From positions 320,001 to 384,000 of the forward strand of contig CAWCIZ010000002.1 in the NCBI GenBank assembly GCA_963795855.1: DNA of 64,000 nucleotides, in the 5' to 3' direction. Shown here piece after piece: positions 1-9,335 of the stretch. The notes under the pieces are model-generated. The model ran no database searches. It worked only from the letters and a program-made list of their open reading frames with translations, and was not told where the DNA came from. Each line of letters begins with the position of its first letter. Positions within the stretch are counted from its first letter, which is position 1. The position numbers and the translations under genes were made by a program. The DNA is from Vulcanimicrobiota bacterium (GTDB lineage Bacteria > Vulcanimicrobiota > Vulcanimicrobiia > Vulcanimicrobiales > Vulcanimicrobiaceae).

Positions 1-1
1 G

Positions 2-1978
2 TGCGCCTCGACCCCGCGCGCTCCCGAGCAAGGCGTCCTCATGGCGCTCGACCTCCTGCTGGCGCGCTTCGAACCGGGGTCCGCGGGCATCGAGTACCTC
101 GCGCACTCGACGACGATTGCGACTAACGCGCTGCTCGGTCAAATGCATCTCGAGCTTCCGCGCATCGCATTCGTTACGACCGCCGGCTTTCGCGACGTCA
201 TCGAAATCGGCCGGCAGAACCGCAGCGAAGTGTACAACTTGTTCGTGACGCGTCCGAGGCCGCTCGTTTCGCGCGAGGACCGCTTGACGGTTCGCGAACG
301 CATGGACTTCCACGGCAGCGTGCTCGTGCCGTTGGAGCAAGCCGAAATCGATCGCGTCGTTTCCGCGCTTCGCGAGCGGCGCTTCGACGCCGTCGCGATC
401 GGTCTGCTGCACGCATATGCGAATGACGAGCACGAACGCCGCCTCGCGCACGCCATTGAAGCAGCGCTGCCCGGCGTCCCGGTGACGCGCTCGTCCGCCG
501 TCGATCCGGAATACCGCGAATACGAACGTTTTTCCACCGCGGTGGTCAACGCTGCGCTGCTGCCGATCATTCGCCGATACGTGGACCGGCTGATCGTTGC
601 GCTGCGCGAGCGCGGCATCGATGCCCCGCTTTTCGTCATGCAGAGCAACGGCGGCATGGCTTCGGCCGAACGTGCCGCGCTTCGCCCTGCGTCGATTATC
701 GAAAGCGGACCTGCGAGCGGCGTCATCGCTGCCGCGGAACTCGCGAGATCGGCGGACGCGCGGCACGTGCTTTCGTTCGACATGGGCGGGACGACCGCAA
801 AAGCCGGCACGATCGTCGACGGCGTGGTGCAGATCGCAATGGAATTCGAAGCGGCCGGATCGACGCACAGCGGACGCTCCGTAAAAGGCAGCGGTTATCC
901 GGTGCGTTTTCCGTTCGTCGATCTCGCTGAGATCAGCGCGGGTGGAGGCACGATCGCACATGTCGACGGCGATTCGCTGCGCGTCGGACCGATTTCGGCG
1001 GGCGCGGATCCCGGGCCGGCCTGCTACGGCGCGAGCGATCGTGCAACCGTCACCGATGCCAACGTCGTGCTCGGCCGGCTCAACCAAAAAGCGCTCGTCG
1101 GCGGAACGTTTCCCATCGACGCGCGGCGCTCGTTTGAAGCGGTGGGCGCCCTTGCGGAACGTATCGGCCTCTCGACCCAGGAAACGGCGGCGGGCATCGT
1201 TCGAATCGTGGACGCGCAAATGGCCAAAGTGCTGCGCATCGTCACCGTCGAGCGCGGCTTGGATCCGCGCGACTTCACGATGGTCGCATTCGGCGGAAAC
1301 GGCCCGTTGCATGCCTGTGCGCTGGCCGACGAACTGGGAATGCGGCGCGTCATCGTGCCGGCGAATCCCGGCGTGTTTTCCGCGCTCGGACTGCTGGTCG
1401 CCGATCTGCGCGCGAGTTTCGTTCGGCCGATTCTGCGCGAAACGTCCGCGATGAACTACGCGCTGCTGCACACGCTGTTCGACGATCTGGAGGCACGCGC
1501 GCGGCAAGCGCTGCGCGAGCAGGGCGCGGCCGGCGAAAGGATCGCGTTCCGCCGCGAGTACGATGCGCGCTACCGCGGCCAGAGCTTCGAACTCGAGGTC
1601 GAGCACGCCGCGAGCATCGAGATCATCGTCGAACGCTTTCACGAAAAACACCGCCGCCGCTACGGTTACGCCGCCGACGAACCGGTCGAACTCGTGAATG
1701 CGCGATTGACGGCAACAGCGCCGGCCGGCGCGCACACGAACGGCGCTTCGTACGCCGCTTCCTCACCGCGGCGAGACGAGCTGCGCGCCGTCGAGGAACG
1801 CAGCGTATGGATCGACGGTGCGAAGGTGCAGACGCCGGTTTACGGTCGAGAAACGCTTCCGGCAGAGGCGACGATAACCGGCCCCGCGCTCGTCGAACAG
1901 TACGATTCGTGCACCTACGTGCCGCCGAAGTGGACGGCGAATACTCGCGGAGCGATGCTCGTGGTGGAACGCGCGTGA
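2..1978 (+). CDS. hyuA: Hydantoinase A / 5-oxoprolinase alpha-type subunit (5' truncated by window edge)
   Basis: Motifs STP..P, HSTTIATNALL, EYREYERFST, ESGPASG, DMGGTT, SAGADPGPACYG, FGGNGPLH. The frame is open from position 2. Confidence 0.9.
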   Translation, partial: CASTPRAPEQGVLMALDLLLARFEPGSAGIEYLAHSTTIATNALLGQMHLELPRIAFVTTAGFRDVIEIGRQNRSEVYNLFVTRPRPLVSREDRLTVRERMDFHGSVLVPLEQAEIDRVVSALRERRFDAVAIGLLHAYANDEHERRLAHAIEAALPGVPVTRSSAVDPEYREYERFSTAVVNAALLPIIRRYVDRLIVALRERGIDAPLFVMQSNGGMASAERAALRPASIIESGPASGVIAAAELARSADARHVLSFDMGGTTAKAGTIVDGVVQIAMEFEAAGSTHSGRSVKGSGYPVRFPFVDLAEISAGGGTIAHVDGDSLRVGPISAGADPGPACYGASDRATVTDANVVLGRLNQKALVGGTFPIDARRSFEAVGALAERIGLSTQETAAGIVRIVDAQMAKVLRIVTVERGLDPRDFTMVAFGGNGPLHACALADELGMRRVIVPANPGVFSALGLLVADLRASFVRPILRETSAMNYALLHTLFDDLEARARQALREQGAAGERIAFRREYDARYRGQSFELEVEHAASIEIIVERFHEKHRRRYGYAADEPVELVNARLTATAPAGAHTNGASYAASSPRRDELRAVEERSVWIDGAKVQTPVYGRETLPAEATITGPALVEQYDSCTYVPPKWTANTRGAMLVVERA

Positions 1979-2367
1979 CGGACGCGCGCGCGGAACTCGT
2001 GGAATGGTCGCAAGGCGTCGTCAACGCGCACGTCGACGCAGCGAGCGAAGCGATCGCGGAGTTTTGCGAAAAGCCGGGCTCCGCGAAGCGGCTTCATCGC
2101 ACCAGAAAGCGTCTGGCACGGTTGCGTGCGGTGCTCGACGATCTCTCCGATGTGGCCGGCATAAGCGGCGTCTTTTCCGATCGCATCGCGCGTCTGCACA
2201 AGTGCGCCGGTAAAGTGCGCGATGCGGACGTACTGCTGCAGCGGGTCGAGCAGTACGGCGAAAAGGCCTTCGGCGCCGAACTCGAACAACTGCAGCGCGT
2301 GCGCAAGCGATTATGTAAACGCGCCAAACGCGCTCGGCGCAAGCTCGAACGCGAGGTCGCGGGATGA
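1975..2367 (+). CDS. Half-CHAD domain protein (N-terminal half-like)
   Basis: GTG overlaps the hyuA stop (GTGA). LHRTRKRLARLR and GKVRDADV are CHAD motifs. Confidence 0.75.
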   Translation: MTDARAELVEWSQGVVNAHVDAASEAIAEFCEKPGSAKRLHRTRKRLARLRAVLDDLSDVAGISGVFSDRIARLHKCAGKVRDADVLLQRVEQYGEKAFGAELEQLQRVRKRLCKRAKRARRKLEREVAG

Positions 2368-2780
2368 CGAGCGCGCTTTCATCAGGCCGGGCCGAGCGCG
2401 GCATCGTGCGCGTTCATTTCGCAAGGGTTTTGAAGCGCGCGAGCGCGCTCGACCGCGGCGACGACGAAGCGCTGCACGCCTTTCGCTTGTGCTGCAAGCG
2501 GCTGCGTTTCGCGCTCGAGCGCCTCGACGATACGACGGGCCTCGAGCGGGCCCGCGCATTGCTCTCCGTTCTCACGGACGAACTGGGGTGGGCGCACGAC
2601 TGCGCGGAACTGGCGGCGTTCGCGGAAGATTGCGATGCGCCGCTCGTCGCCGCGCGCGCGCGGCGCGATGGCGATCGCTACGCTTTGCGCGCCCGGCGTT
2701 TGTGGCGGCACGCGTTTCGATCCGACGGCGAGTTCGCAGCGCTGGCTGCGTACGCCGGTTTTACGTGGAGCCCGTCATGA
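2364..2780 (+). CDS. Half-CHAD domain protein (C-terminal half-like)
   Basis: ATGA overlap. LHAFRLCCKRLRFALE and LTDELGWAHD are CHAD motifs. Confidence 0.8.
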   Translation: MTSALSSGRAERGIVRVHFARVLKRASALDRGDDEALHAFRLCCKRLRFALERLDDTTGLERARALLSVLTDELGWAHDCAELAAFAEDCDAPLVAARARRDGDRYALRARRLWRHAFRSDGEFAALAAYAGFTWSPS

Positions 2781-4378
2781 CGCTCGATCCGATATCCGCG
2801 GAAATCATCAAGGGCTCGCTGATCTACGCGAGCGAAGAGATGGGCATCGCGGTGCGCAACAGCGCGTATTCGCCGAACATCAAGGAACGGCTGGATCATT
2901 CGTGCGCGCTCTTCGATCGCGCCGGGCGGCTCATCGCGCAGGCCGAGCACATACCGGTGCACCTGGGCTCGCTGCCGTGGGGGCTGCGCGCGACGCTCGA
3001 CGTCATCGCGCGCGAGCACGGCGGCGTTCGCGAAGGCGAAATGTGGGTCGTGAACGATCCGTACGTTTCCGGCACGCACCTCAACGACGTCACGGTTATT
3101 CGTCCGATTTTTTTCTGCGGCGATCTCGTCGGGTTTGCCGCGAACAAAGCGCACCACACGGACGTCGGGGGCATGGTCCCGGGCTCGATGTCGGCAGATG
3201 CGCCGGATCTCTTTGCGGAAGGCTTGGTCGTGCCGCCGTCACGGCTGGTGGAAAACGATCGCGTCCTGGAGAGCACCGTCGCGCTGTTTCGAGCGAACTC
3301 GCGCACGCCCGAAGCGCGCAGCGGCGATCTTCGTGCGCAAACTGCCGGAAACCGGACGGGAGAACGGCGTCTGCTCGAAGTGTACGAACGCTTCGGACGA
3401 GATACGGTCGATGCCGCGGTGCAACGCCTGCTCGACGAAAGCGAGAGCAGCATGCGCGCCGCACTGGCAACGCTCGCGGACGGCGTCTACGAACAGCAGG
3501 ACGTGCTCGAAGATCGCGACGGGCGCGCGTCGATTCGTATCCGCTTACGTTTGACGCTTCGAGGCGGAACCGCGCATTTCGACTACGCCGGAACCGGTGC
3601 GCAGCTCTCGTTTCCGATGAACGCGGTGTACGGCGTAACGCTTTCAGGTGTGTACTACGCGCTTCGCGCCGTGACCGATCCGGCGATTCCCATGAACGAA
3701 GGCTGCTTTCGACCGGTGAGCGTCGACGTGCCGCCCGGAACGCTGCTCAATCCCCGGCGTCCGGCGCCCGTTTCCGGCGGTAACGTCGAGACCAGTACGC
3801 GCAACGCCGACGTCGTGCTCGCCGCCCTTGCGCAAGCCGCGCCGGATCGCGTTCCGGCGCAAAGCGGCGGAACGATGAGCAACGTGATGATCGGCGGAAC
3901 GCGCGGCGACGGCAGCACCTGGGCATTCTACGAAACGAACGGATGCGGCATGGGTGCGCGTCCGGGCATGGACGGCATCGACGGCATTCAGTGCCATATG
4001 ACGAACACGCTCAATACGCCGATCGAGGCGATCGAACGCGAGTTCCCGCTGCGTGTTGCGCGCTACGAACTCGCGAGCGGCACGGGCGGCGGCGGCCGGT
4101 ATCGCGGCGGCGACGGATTGATTCGCGCACTCACGCTGACCGAAGGCGACGCTCGCGTCTCACTGCTTGCGGAGCGGCATGCCGTCGCGCCGCGCGGCGC
4201 GCAAGGCGGAGGAGACGCCGCAACGGGGCGTCACGAACTCGTGGACGACACGGGAGCCGTTCAACGCTTACCGGCGAAAACGACGCGAGCGTTTGCCGTT
4301 GGCCAAACGCTCGTAATTCAGACGCCGGGTGGAGGCGGTTACGGAGAGGGAGTGGGCGAGGGCGACGGAGCCGGCTGA
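2777..4378 (+). CDS. hyuB: Hydantoinase B / oxoprolinase beta-type subunit
   Basis: MTLDPISAEII start (ATGA overlap), SPNIKERLDHSCALFD, HIPVHLGS, NDPY..GTHLND, HHTDVGG, TPGGGGYG. Confidence 0.93.
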   Translation: MTLDPISAEIIKGSLIYASEEMGIAVRNSAYSPNIKERLDHSCALFDRAGRLIAQAEHIPVHLGSLPWGLRATLDVIAREHGGVREGEMWVVNDPYVSGTHLNDVTVIRPIFFCGDLVGFAANKAHHTDVGGMVPGSMSADAPDLFAEGLVVPPSRLVENDRVLESTVALFRANSRTPEARSGDLRAQTAGNRTGERRLLEVYERFGRDTVDAAVQRLLDESESSMRAALATLADGVYEQQDVLEDRDGRASIRIRLRLTLRGGTAHFDYAGTGAQLSFPMNAVYGVTLSGVYYALRAVTDPAIPMNEGCFRPVSVDVPPGTLLNPRRPAPVSGGNVETSTRNADVVLAALAQAAPDRVPAQSGGTMSNVMIGGTRGDGSTWAFYETNGCGMGARPGMDGIDGIQCHMTNTLNTPIEAIEREFPLRVARYELASGTGGGGRYRGGDGLIRALTLTEGDARVSLLAERHAVAPRGAQGGGDAATGRHELVDDTGAVQRLPAKTTRAFAVGQTLVIQTPGGGGYGEGVGEGDGAG

Positions 4379-5184
4379 CCCGGTGCGCGGCCGCCGCAAA
4401 GAACGACTGCCTGCACGACGCTCTTGGCTGCGTCCTGTTCGGTGGCTTCGATGTCCGCCTGATACGACGAGATCGAATTCTCGAACACGTTCAAGGGATT
4501 TGCGCCGATCAGGTTGTTGCTGTTCATGTATCGCGGATCCATCGCGCGCGACGGGTCGTTCTTGCTGTTTCCGACGCCTGCGTTCAGAACGTCCGAGGAC
4601 GGCGCGCTGGGAGCCGGATTGGGCGGCGTGGTGGCCGTGGACGTACTGTTGATCGCGGCGTCGTATTCGTGACCGGCGGCCTGCAGTTCGCCGAGCTGCT
4701 GCGTCTGCACGAAACCGCTGATGAGATCGAGCGCGCGTTTTTGCTGTTCGTTTACGGCATACAATTGCGCGCGCATCTGCAAAAGACGTTTGTCGTCGGA
4801 GGAGTGAACCGACCTGGGGAATGCATACGGGTTCGTCAGCAGTTTCTCGACGGCTTCCGTATTGTTCACGAGCGGTCCGATGAGATTCTCCAAATGCTCG
4901 ACCGACATGTCTTCCGCGGCTTTGTTTTGCCCCGTCGCTGAAGCGTGAACGTAATCGTGGAAGAACGGTTTGCTCGTCGCGATGAGATGATCCGTGTCGA
5001 GCACTTTGGCGATCGCCGGCGTAATCGCGCGGCGTAAGCCCGTGCACAGCGGCGAACTGTGAATGTGCGTGATGGTCTTGAGCGGCGTCGGCGCGGGCTT
5101 CGGAGCGGAAACTGCCGTCGCGGGACTCGCGCTCAGCGCAACAAGGGCGCCGATAGCGAGCGCGGCGGTGAGGCGTTGGAACAT
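4339..5184 (-). CDS. Secreted hypothetical protein (signal peptide, helical, Pro-rich termini)
   Basis: MFQRLTAALAIGALVALSASPATA signal peptide. TATACT lies 7 nt upstream of the ATG. Confidence 0.7.
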   Translation of the reverse strand: MFQRLTAALAIGALVALSASPATAVSAPKPAPTPLKTITHIHSSPLCTGLRRAITPAIAKVLDTDHLIATSKPFFHDYVHASATGQNKAAEDMSVEHLENLIGPLVNNTEAVEKLLTNPYAFPRSVHSSDDKRLLQMRAQLYAVNEQQKRALDLISGFVQTQQLGELQAAGHEYDAAINSTSTATTPPNPAPSAPSSDVLNAGVGNSKNDPSRAMDPRYMNSNNLIGANPLNVFENSISSYQADIEATEQDAAKSVVQAVVLCGGRAPGQPAPSPSPTPSP

Positions 5185-5281
5185 CCCTAGTAGTATACGG
5201 GCCCGCCGCCCGGGTGCCTTTCCGACGACAGCGCGAGCGGGACGGAGCCGCCGGTCGGGTTGCCGTGCTGCCCGAGCACCA

Positions 5282-6049
5282 TTAGGGTGCGGCGGCGCCG
5301 TCGAGATTAGCGCGGGCCATCGTGCGCAGCGTCGCGGCGTCGAGCGTGCTACAGTGTCTCTCGCGCCCGCGGCCGTAATCGCAGATTTGGGCGCCGCGAA
5401 AATCCGCGCCGCGCAGATCCGCGCCCGAGAAGTCGCTGCAGCGCAGACGGCCGTAATGCACGGTGCCGCCGTCATCATCCTTCTCGTGCGTGCAGAGCGC
5501 CGCGCCCTCGAATTGCACGCCGCGTAGGTCGGCATTGTGGAAATCGTCGGCGATCAGCTGTGCGTCGCGCAGTTGCACGCCCGATAAATTCGAGTTGCTG
5601 AAGTTACTTCCGACCACTTCCACGCCATTTAGGTTCTTGCCGTGCAGGTCGACGCTCGTAATCGAGCATCCGGCGCAATGTGCCAGCAGCGCTCGTGCCT
5701 GATCGTCGGCCAAGCCCTGCAGATACGATCCGGAAAGGTCGCTGCCTGCTACACGAACGTTCTGCAACTGCGCACCGTCCAAATGCGCTCCGCGCAGCTG
5801 CACGCCGGCAAGCATGGCATTGCTCAGGTTCGCACCGCGCAAATCGGCATCGCGCAGATCTATTCCGGCCAGATGCGCGCCGGACAAATTCGCGTTGCGC
5901 AGGTTTGCGCCGCGCAGATCGCTGCCTGCCCAGGCAACGTTGCGCAGATCCTGCCCGTGAAGATCCATGCCGGCCATGGAGCAGCCTACGCAGTTAGCCG
6001 GTACGCCGTTTGCGGCGGCCAAGAGTATCGTGACCAGCAGTGCGATCAT
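5282..6049 (-). CDS. Secreted pentapeptide-repeat protein
   Basis: Signal-like MIALLVTILLAAA, CxxC caps, A(D/N)LxG repeats, GGAG RBS. Confidence 0.88.
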   Translation of the reverse strand: MIALLVTILLAAANGVPANCVGCSMAGMDLHGQDLRNVAWAGSDLRGANLRNANLSGAHLAGIDLRDADLRGANLSNAMLAGVQLRGAHLDGAQLQNVRVAGSDLSGSYLQGLADDQARALLAHCAGCSITSVDLHGKNLNGVEVVGSNFSNSNLSGVQLRDAQLIADDFHNADLRGVQFEGAALCTHEKDDDGGTVHYGRLRCSDFSGADLRGADFRGAQICDYGRGRERHCSTLDAATLRTMARANLDGAAAP

Positions 6050-6130
6050 CGCTTTTCTCCTTGAATGTGAACGCAGGAAACCGGGCCCGTGCAAACGCGG
6101 ACATTTTCAAATATGCGGAAGGTCCGTAGT

Positions 6131-8186
6131 CTAGTGGTCGGAGCCGCTCATTTTACTGCCGCTAATTCGCGCTTTCGACAGATCGACGTTACGCAAATCG
6201 ACGTTGCTGAAATCACAGCCGCTGATTTCGGTTCCGTCCAAACGCGCGCCGTCCAGCGTCGAAGAACTCAGGTCGACGCCTTCCAGCTTCGCTCCGGAGA
6301 GATCCGCGCCGCGCAAGTTCGCATGATTCAGATCGACGCCGGTAAGCGTGATGTTGCGCAGATCCTGTCCGCTGAGATCGGCGTGATTGAAGTCGCATCC
6401 CATGCGGCAGCCCCGAAGCAGTGCTCCGGCCTGCGAGGGCGTCAACGCGCCTGCGTCGACGTCGCACCCGACCATGAGCACGCCCTCGAAGTTCACGCCG
6501 TCGAGTCTGTGCGTGCGACAGATCGCATCCGGTCAGTTTCGCGTGCGAGAAGTTTGCTCCGCGCAAATCCGCTCGAGAGAAGTCCGCACCCTGCAGTACG
6601 GCGCCCGAGAAATCGGCGTTGCGCAGATTGGCGCCGCTGAAATCGGGTCCGCTCAGCCGTTGCCCGCGGAAGTTGTGTCCCGAAAGATTCTGCCGGCTGT
6701 AATCGCAACCTACGCAGTTGAAGTTGCCGCTGCCCATCGCGCCGAACGCGCCGGCCATCGCCTGCGAAATCGTTTTCGAGATGTTCTTGCCGAAATCCGG
6801 ACCGAGAGGGTAGTAGGCGGTGCGCGGCATCGGCGGAATCGTAACATGCTGTTCGGGCACGTCGACGTTTACCGCCGGAATGTGCACGGTGCGAGCCGGC
6901 ATGTGAATATGCTGCGCCGGGATCAGGATCGTGCGCGGCTTCGGAGCCGGCGACGGACTCCGCGCGGGTGCCGGCGTTGCTTGCGCAACGAGCACCTTCG
7001 GCTTAACCGGCGACACGCTCTCGTGCAACACGACGGTCTTGCGCTGCGCGCTTCGAGTTCCGGTTTGCACCAGCTCTTGCGGAAGCGTGAACGCGAACGA
7101 CGGAGCAATGGTCTGCAAGAGGAAGAACAGCACGATCAATGCAGCGACGACTGCCCCCGTCGGGCCGAACGAAACGCGCGTGCGAATATTTCGGCCCGCG
7201 CGCAGCAAACGTTCCACGCGTACCGAAAGACCGCGGCGCGTAAGGAAGACGCCGGGCGCAGCGAGCGGGCGGTGCGGCCACGCCGTCACTTCCGCCATTT
7301 TGGTCAAGCACGTTGCGTAGGGACGCACCTCTTTGGTTTGGTCGACGACCCAGTCGTCGCATGCGACTTCGCGTTCGAGATCGAGCTGCTGCGCGATGTA
7401 GAGGACCGCGGGATTGAAGAAAAACAGTGCTTGAACGAATCGCTGCAGGCCGTTCGTCCAATCGTCCGCACGGCGCAAATGCGCGAGTTCGTGTAAAATG
7501 ATCTGATCGACTTCGGTTTGCGTCAGCGTGTCGAGCAGATGCTTCGGAATCAGAATCATGGAATCGAACAAACCGACGGCGATCGGCACCTCGATGCTCT
7601 CGCACGTGCACAGGCGCACTTCGCGCTCGCCTTTATCGGCGCTCGACCAGCGTTCCAGACGCTCGCGGTATTCGACGGGCAAGGGGAGAGCGTCGCTCTT
7701 GAGGTGCTCCAGGCGCCACAGATTCACGGCCAAACGCACGAGCAGCAGCAGCGCGGCGACGCACCAGAAAACGAAGATCGCGAACGCGACGTATTCGGGC
7801 AATGCAAAATGCAGCCGTCCCGGCAAACGGAATGACGGCGCGGCGGGCGTCGCCGTTGCGGGGTTCGCCGATTCGCCCAGCACGAACTGCGTCGGGCGGG
7901 TCGCTTTCAGCGCAGGCTTCGAAGCCGCGTGCGCCGCGGTTACCGCCGGCTGCGACGCGGCGTGCTGAACGACGATCTGCGGGAGCGCCGTTCCGAGCGG
8001 AAGCAGCAGCGACGCCGCGAGCGCGACGCACCAAGCTGCATACCGCGTCGTCGCGTTGACGTTCGGCAGCACGCGGAGCACGAGCCCCACGAGCAGCGCT
8101 AAAACCGCCGCCTCCCAAAGACTATTGAAAAGCGTAACGACGACGATGCGCGCCGCTGGTTCCAGCGCGCTCAGCAGACCCGGCAT
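6131..8186 (-). CDS. BlaR1/MecR1-like M56 metallopeptidase with C-terminal pentapeptide-repeat domain (+1 indel near 6507)
   Basis: TM helices, HELAHLRRAD (HExxH), EREVACDD, Pro-rich linker, then pentapeptide repeats that continue in the 6131..6496 frame. Confidence 0.88.
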
Positions 8187-8582
8187 TTAACGTTGCTCCT
8201 CGTACTTCTCGATGAGAGCTTTCAAGCGCTCGAGTTCCTCGTCGCTTGGGCGCTGCTCTTCAACTAGACGTAGCGCGAGCGCGGCGGATTTGTTTCCGAA
8301 AAAGCGTTGAACGAGCTGTCCGACGGCGGACTTGGCTGCGTCGTCGCGTTCGACGAGCGGTTCGTAAACGTACGCTCGGCCCTCTTCCTGATGGCACACG
8401 TAGCCTTTCTGCTCCAGAATGCGCATGGTAGTGAGCACCGTGTTGTACGCGAGCGGAGGCGGCGGGAGCGCCTCTGCAACTTCGCCGACGGTCGCGCGGC
8501 GTTTGCGCCACAGCACCTCCATCAAACGGAGTTCGGCTTCGGTAAGAGTTGAAGACTTTTTGCGGGCCACGAACACCTCCAC
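8187..8582 (-). CDS. BlaI/MecI/CopY family repressor
   Basis: LTEAELRLMEVLW, LAYNTVLTTMRILEQKGYV, GRAYVYEP. Abuts the M56 gene. Confidence 0.93.
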   Translation of the reverse strand: MEVFVARKKSSTLTEAELRLMEVLWRKRRATVGEVAEALPPPPLAYNTVLTTMRILEQKGYVCHQEEGRAYVYEPLVERDDAAKSAVGQLVQRFFGNKSAALALRLVEEQRPSDEELERLKALIEKYEEQR

Positions 8583-8586
8583 GGTT

Positions 8587-8650
8587 GCTCTTAATTCTTT
8601 AGTAGACTATACGTCAAACAGGCAGGCGTGTCAACTAAGGATTTAAGAGC
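8587..8650 (-). promoter_or_regulatory. sigma70 promoter (TTGACA-17-TATAGT) bracketed by two inverted putative BlaI operator boxes
   Basis: Minus strand: TTGACA at 8629-8634 and TATAGT at 8606-8611. 8587-8607 and 8630-8650 are 18/21 inverted repeats. Confidence 0.8.
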
Positions 8651-8659
8651 GTCGCGGAA

Positions 8660-8767
8660 TTAGATTCCAAGCAGCACGAGAACGAGCACGGAAGCAGCCA
8701 AACCGAGCGTGAGTAGGACACGGACGGCGTACTCAATGCGGCGACCCAGCACCCGAAGGGTTCCCAT
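8660..8767 (-). CDS. Small 35-aa single-pass membrane peptide (MGTLRVLGRRIEYAVRVLLTLGLAASVLVLVLLGI)
   Basis: Read by hand, below the ORF-track cutoff. Basic N-terminus plus hydrophobic helix. TATGAT lies 6 nt upstream of the ATG. Confidence 0.55.
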   Translation of the reverse strand: MGTLRVLGRRIEYAVRVLLTLGLAASVLVLVLLGI

Positions 8768-8831
8768 ACGCACATCATACCGAACGGCGCGCGCCGCGCC
8801 ATACCCTTTTGGCCCAAAGGCCGCGGCAAAT

Positions 8832-9332
8832 CTAGTACGCCAAATCCATGGAGTCGAGCTGGACCTTCTCCTCGCCGGTGATCACCATCGTGAGATCCAG
8901 CAAAATGATCAGGCGATCGCCTACTTTACCGACGCCTTGGATGTACTCCGTTCCCACGCCGGCGATCATGTCCGGCGCCGCTTCCACTTGTTCGACCGGA
9001 ATGTTGACCACCTCGGATACGCCGTCGACGATGATTCCGACCTTCTTCGCGCCGATTTCGGTGACGACGATACGCGTGCTCTTCGTGTGTTCGGCGCGCG
9101 CCATGGAAAAGCGCGTGCGCAAGTCAATGATCGGAATCAGCTGGCCGCGCAAATTTATGACGCCTTCCATGAAGCGCGGCGCACGCGGCACGTGCGTGAT
9201 CTCGACCATGCGGATGATCTCCTGCACTTGCGAGATGTCGACGCCGTACTCTTCATTTCCGAGGCGGAACGAAACCACTTGGACTCGTTCGCCGGACAAG
9301 TGTTGATTGTCGAGATGTTCTATTGTTGCCAT
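8832..9332 (-). CDS. cheW: Chemotaxis coupling protein CheW
   Basis: QVVSFRLGNEEYGVDI, EGVINLRGQLIPIIDL, GIIVDGVSEV. Confidence 0.96.
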   Translation of the reverse strand: MATIEHLDNQHLSGERVQVVSFRLGNEEYGVDISQVQEIIRMVEITHVPRAPRFMEGVINLRGQLIPIIDLRTRFSMARAEHTKSTRIVVTEIGAKKVGIIVDGVSEVVNIPVEQVEAAPDMIAGVGTEYIQGVGKVGDRLIILLDLTMVITGEEKVQLDSMDLAY

Positions 9333-9335
9333 GTC

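Noticed and set aside
5282..6720. Qnr/MfpA-type quinolone resistance genes
   Set aside because: The repeats follow a signal peptide or TM helix, so they are unlikely to reach gyrase.
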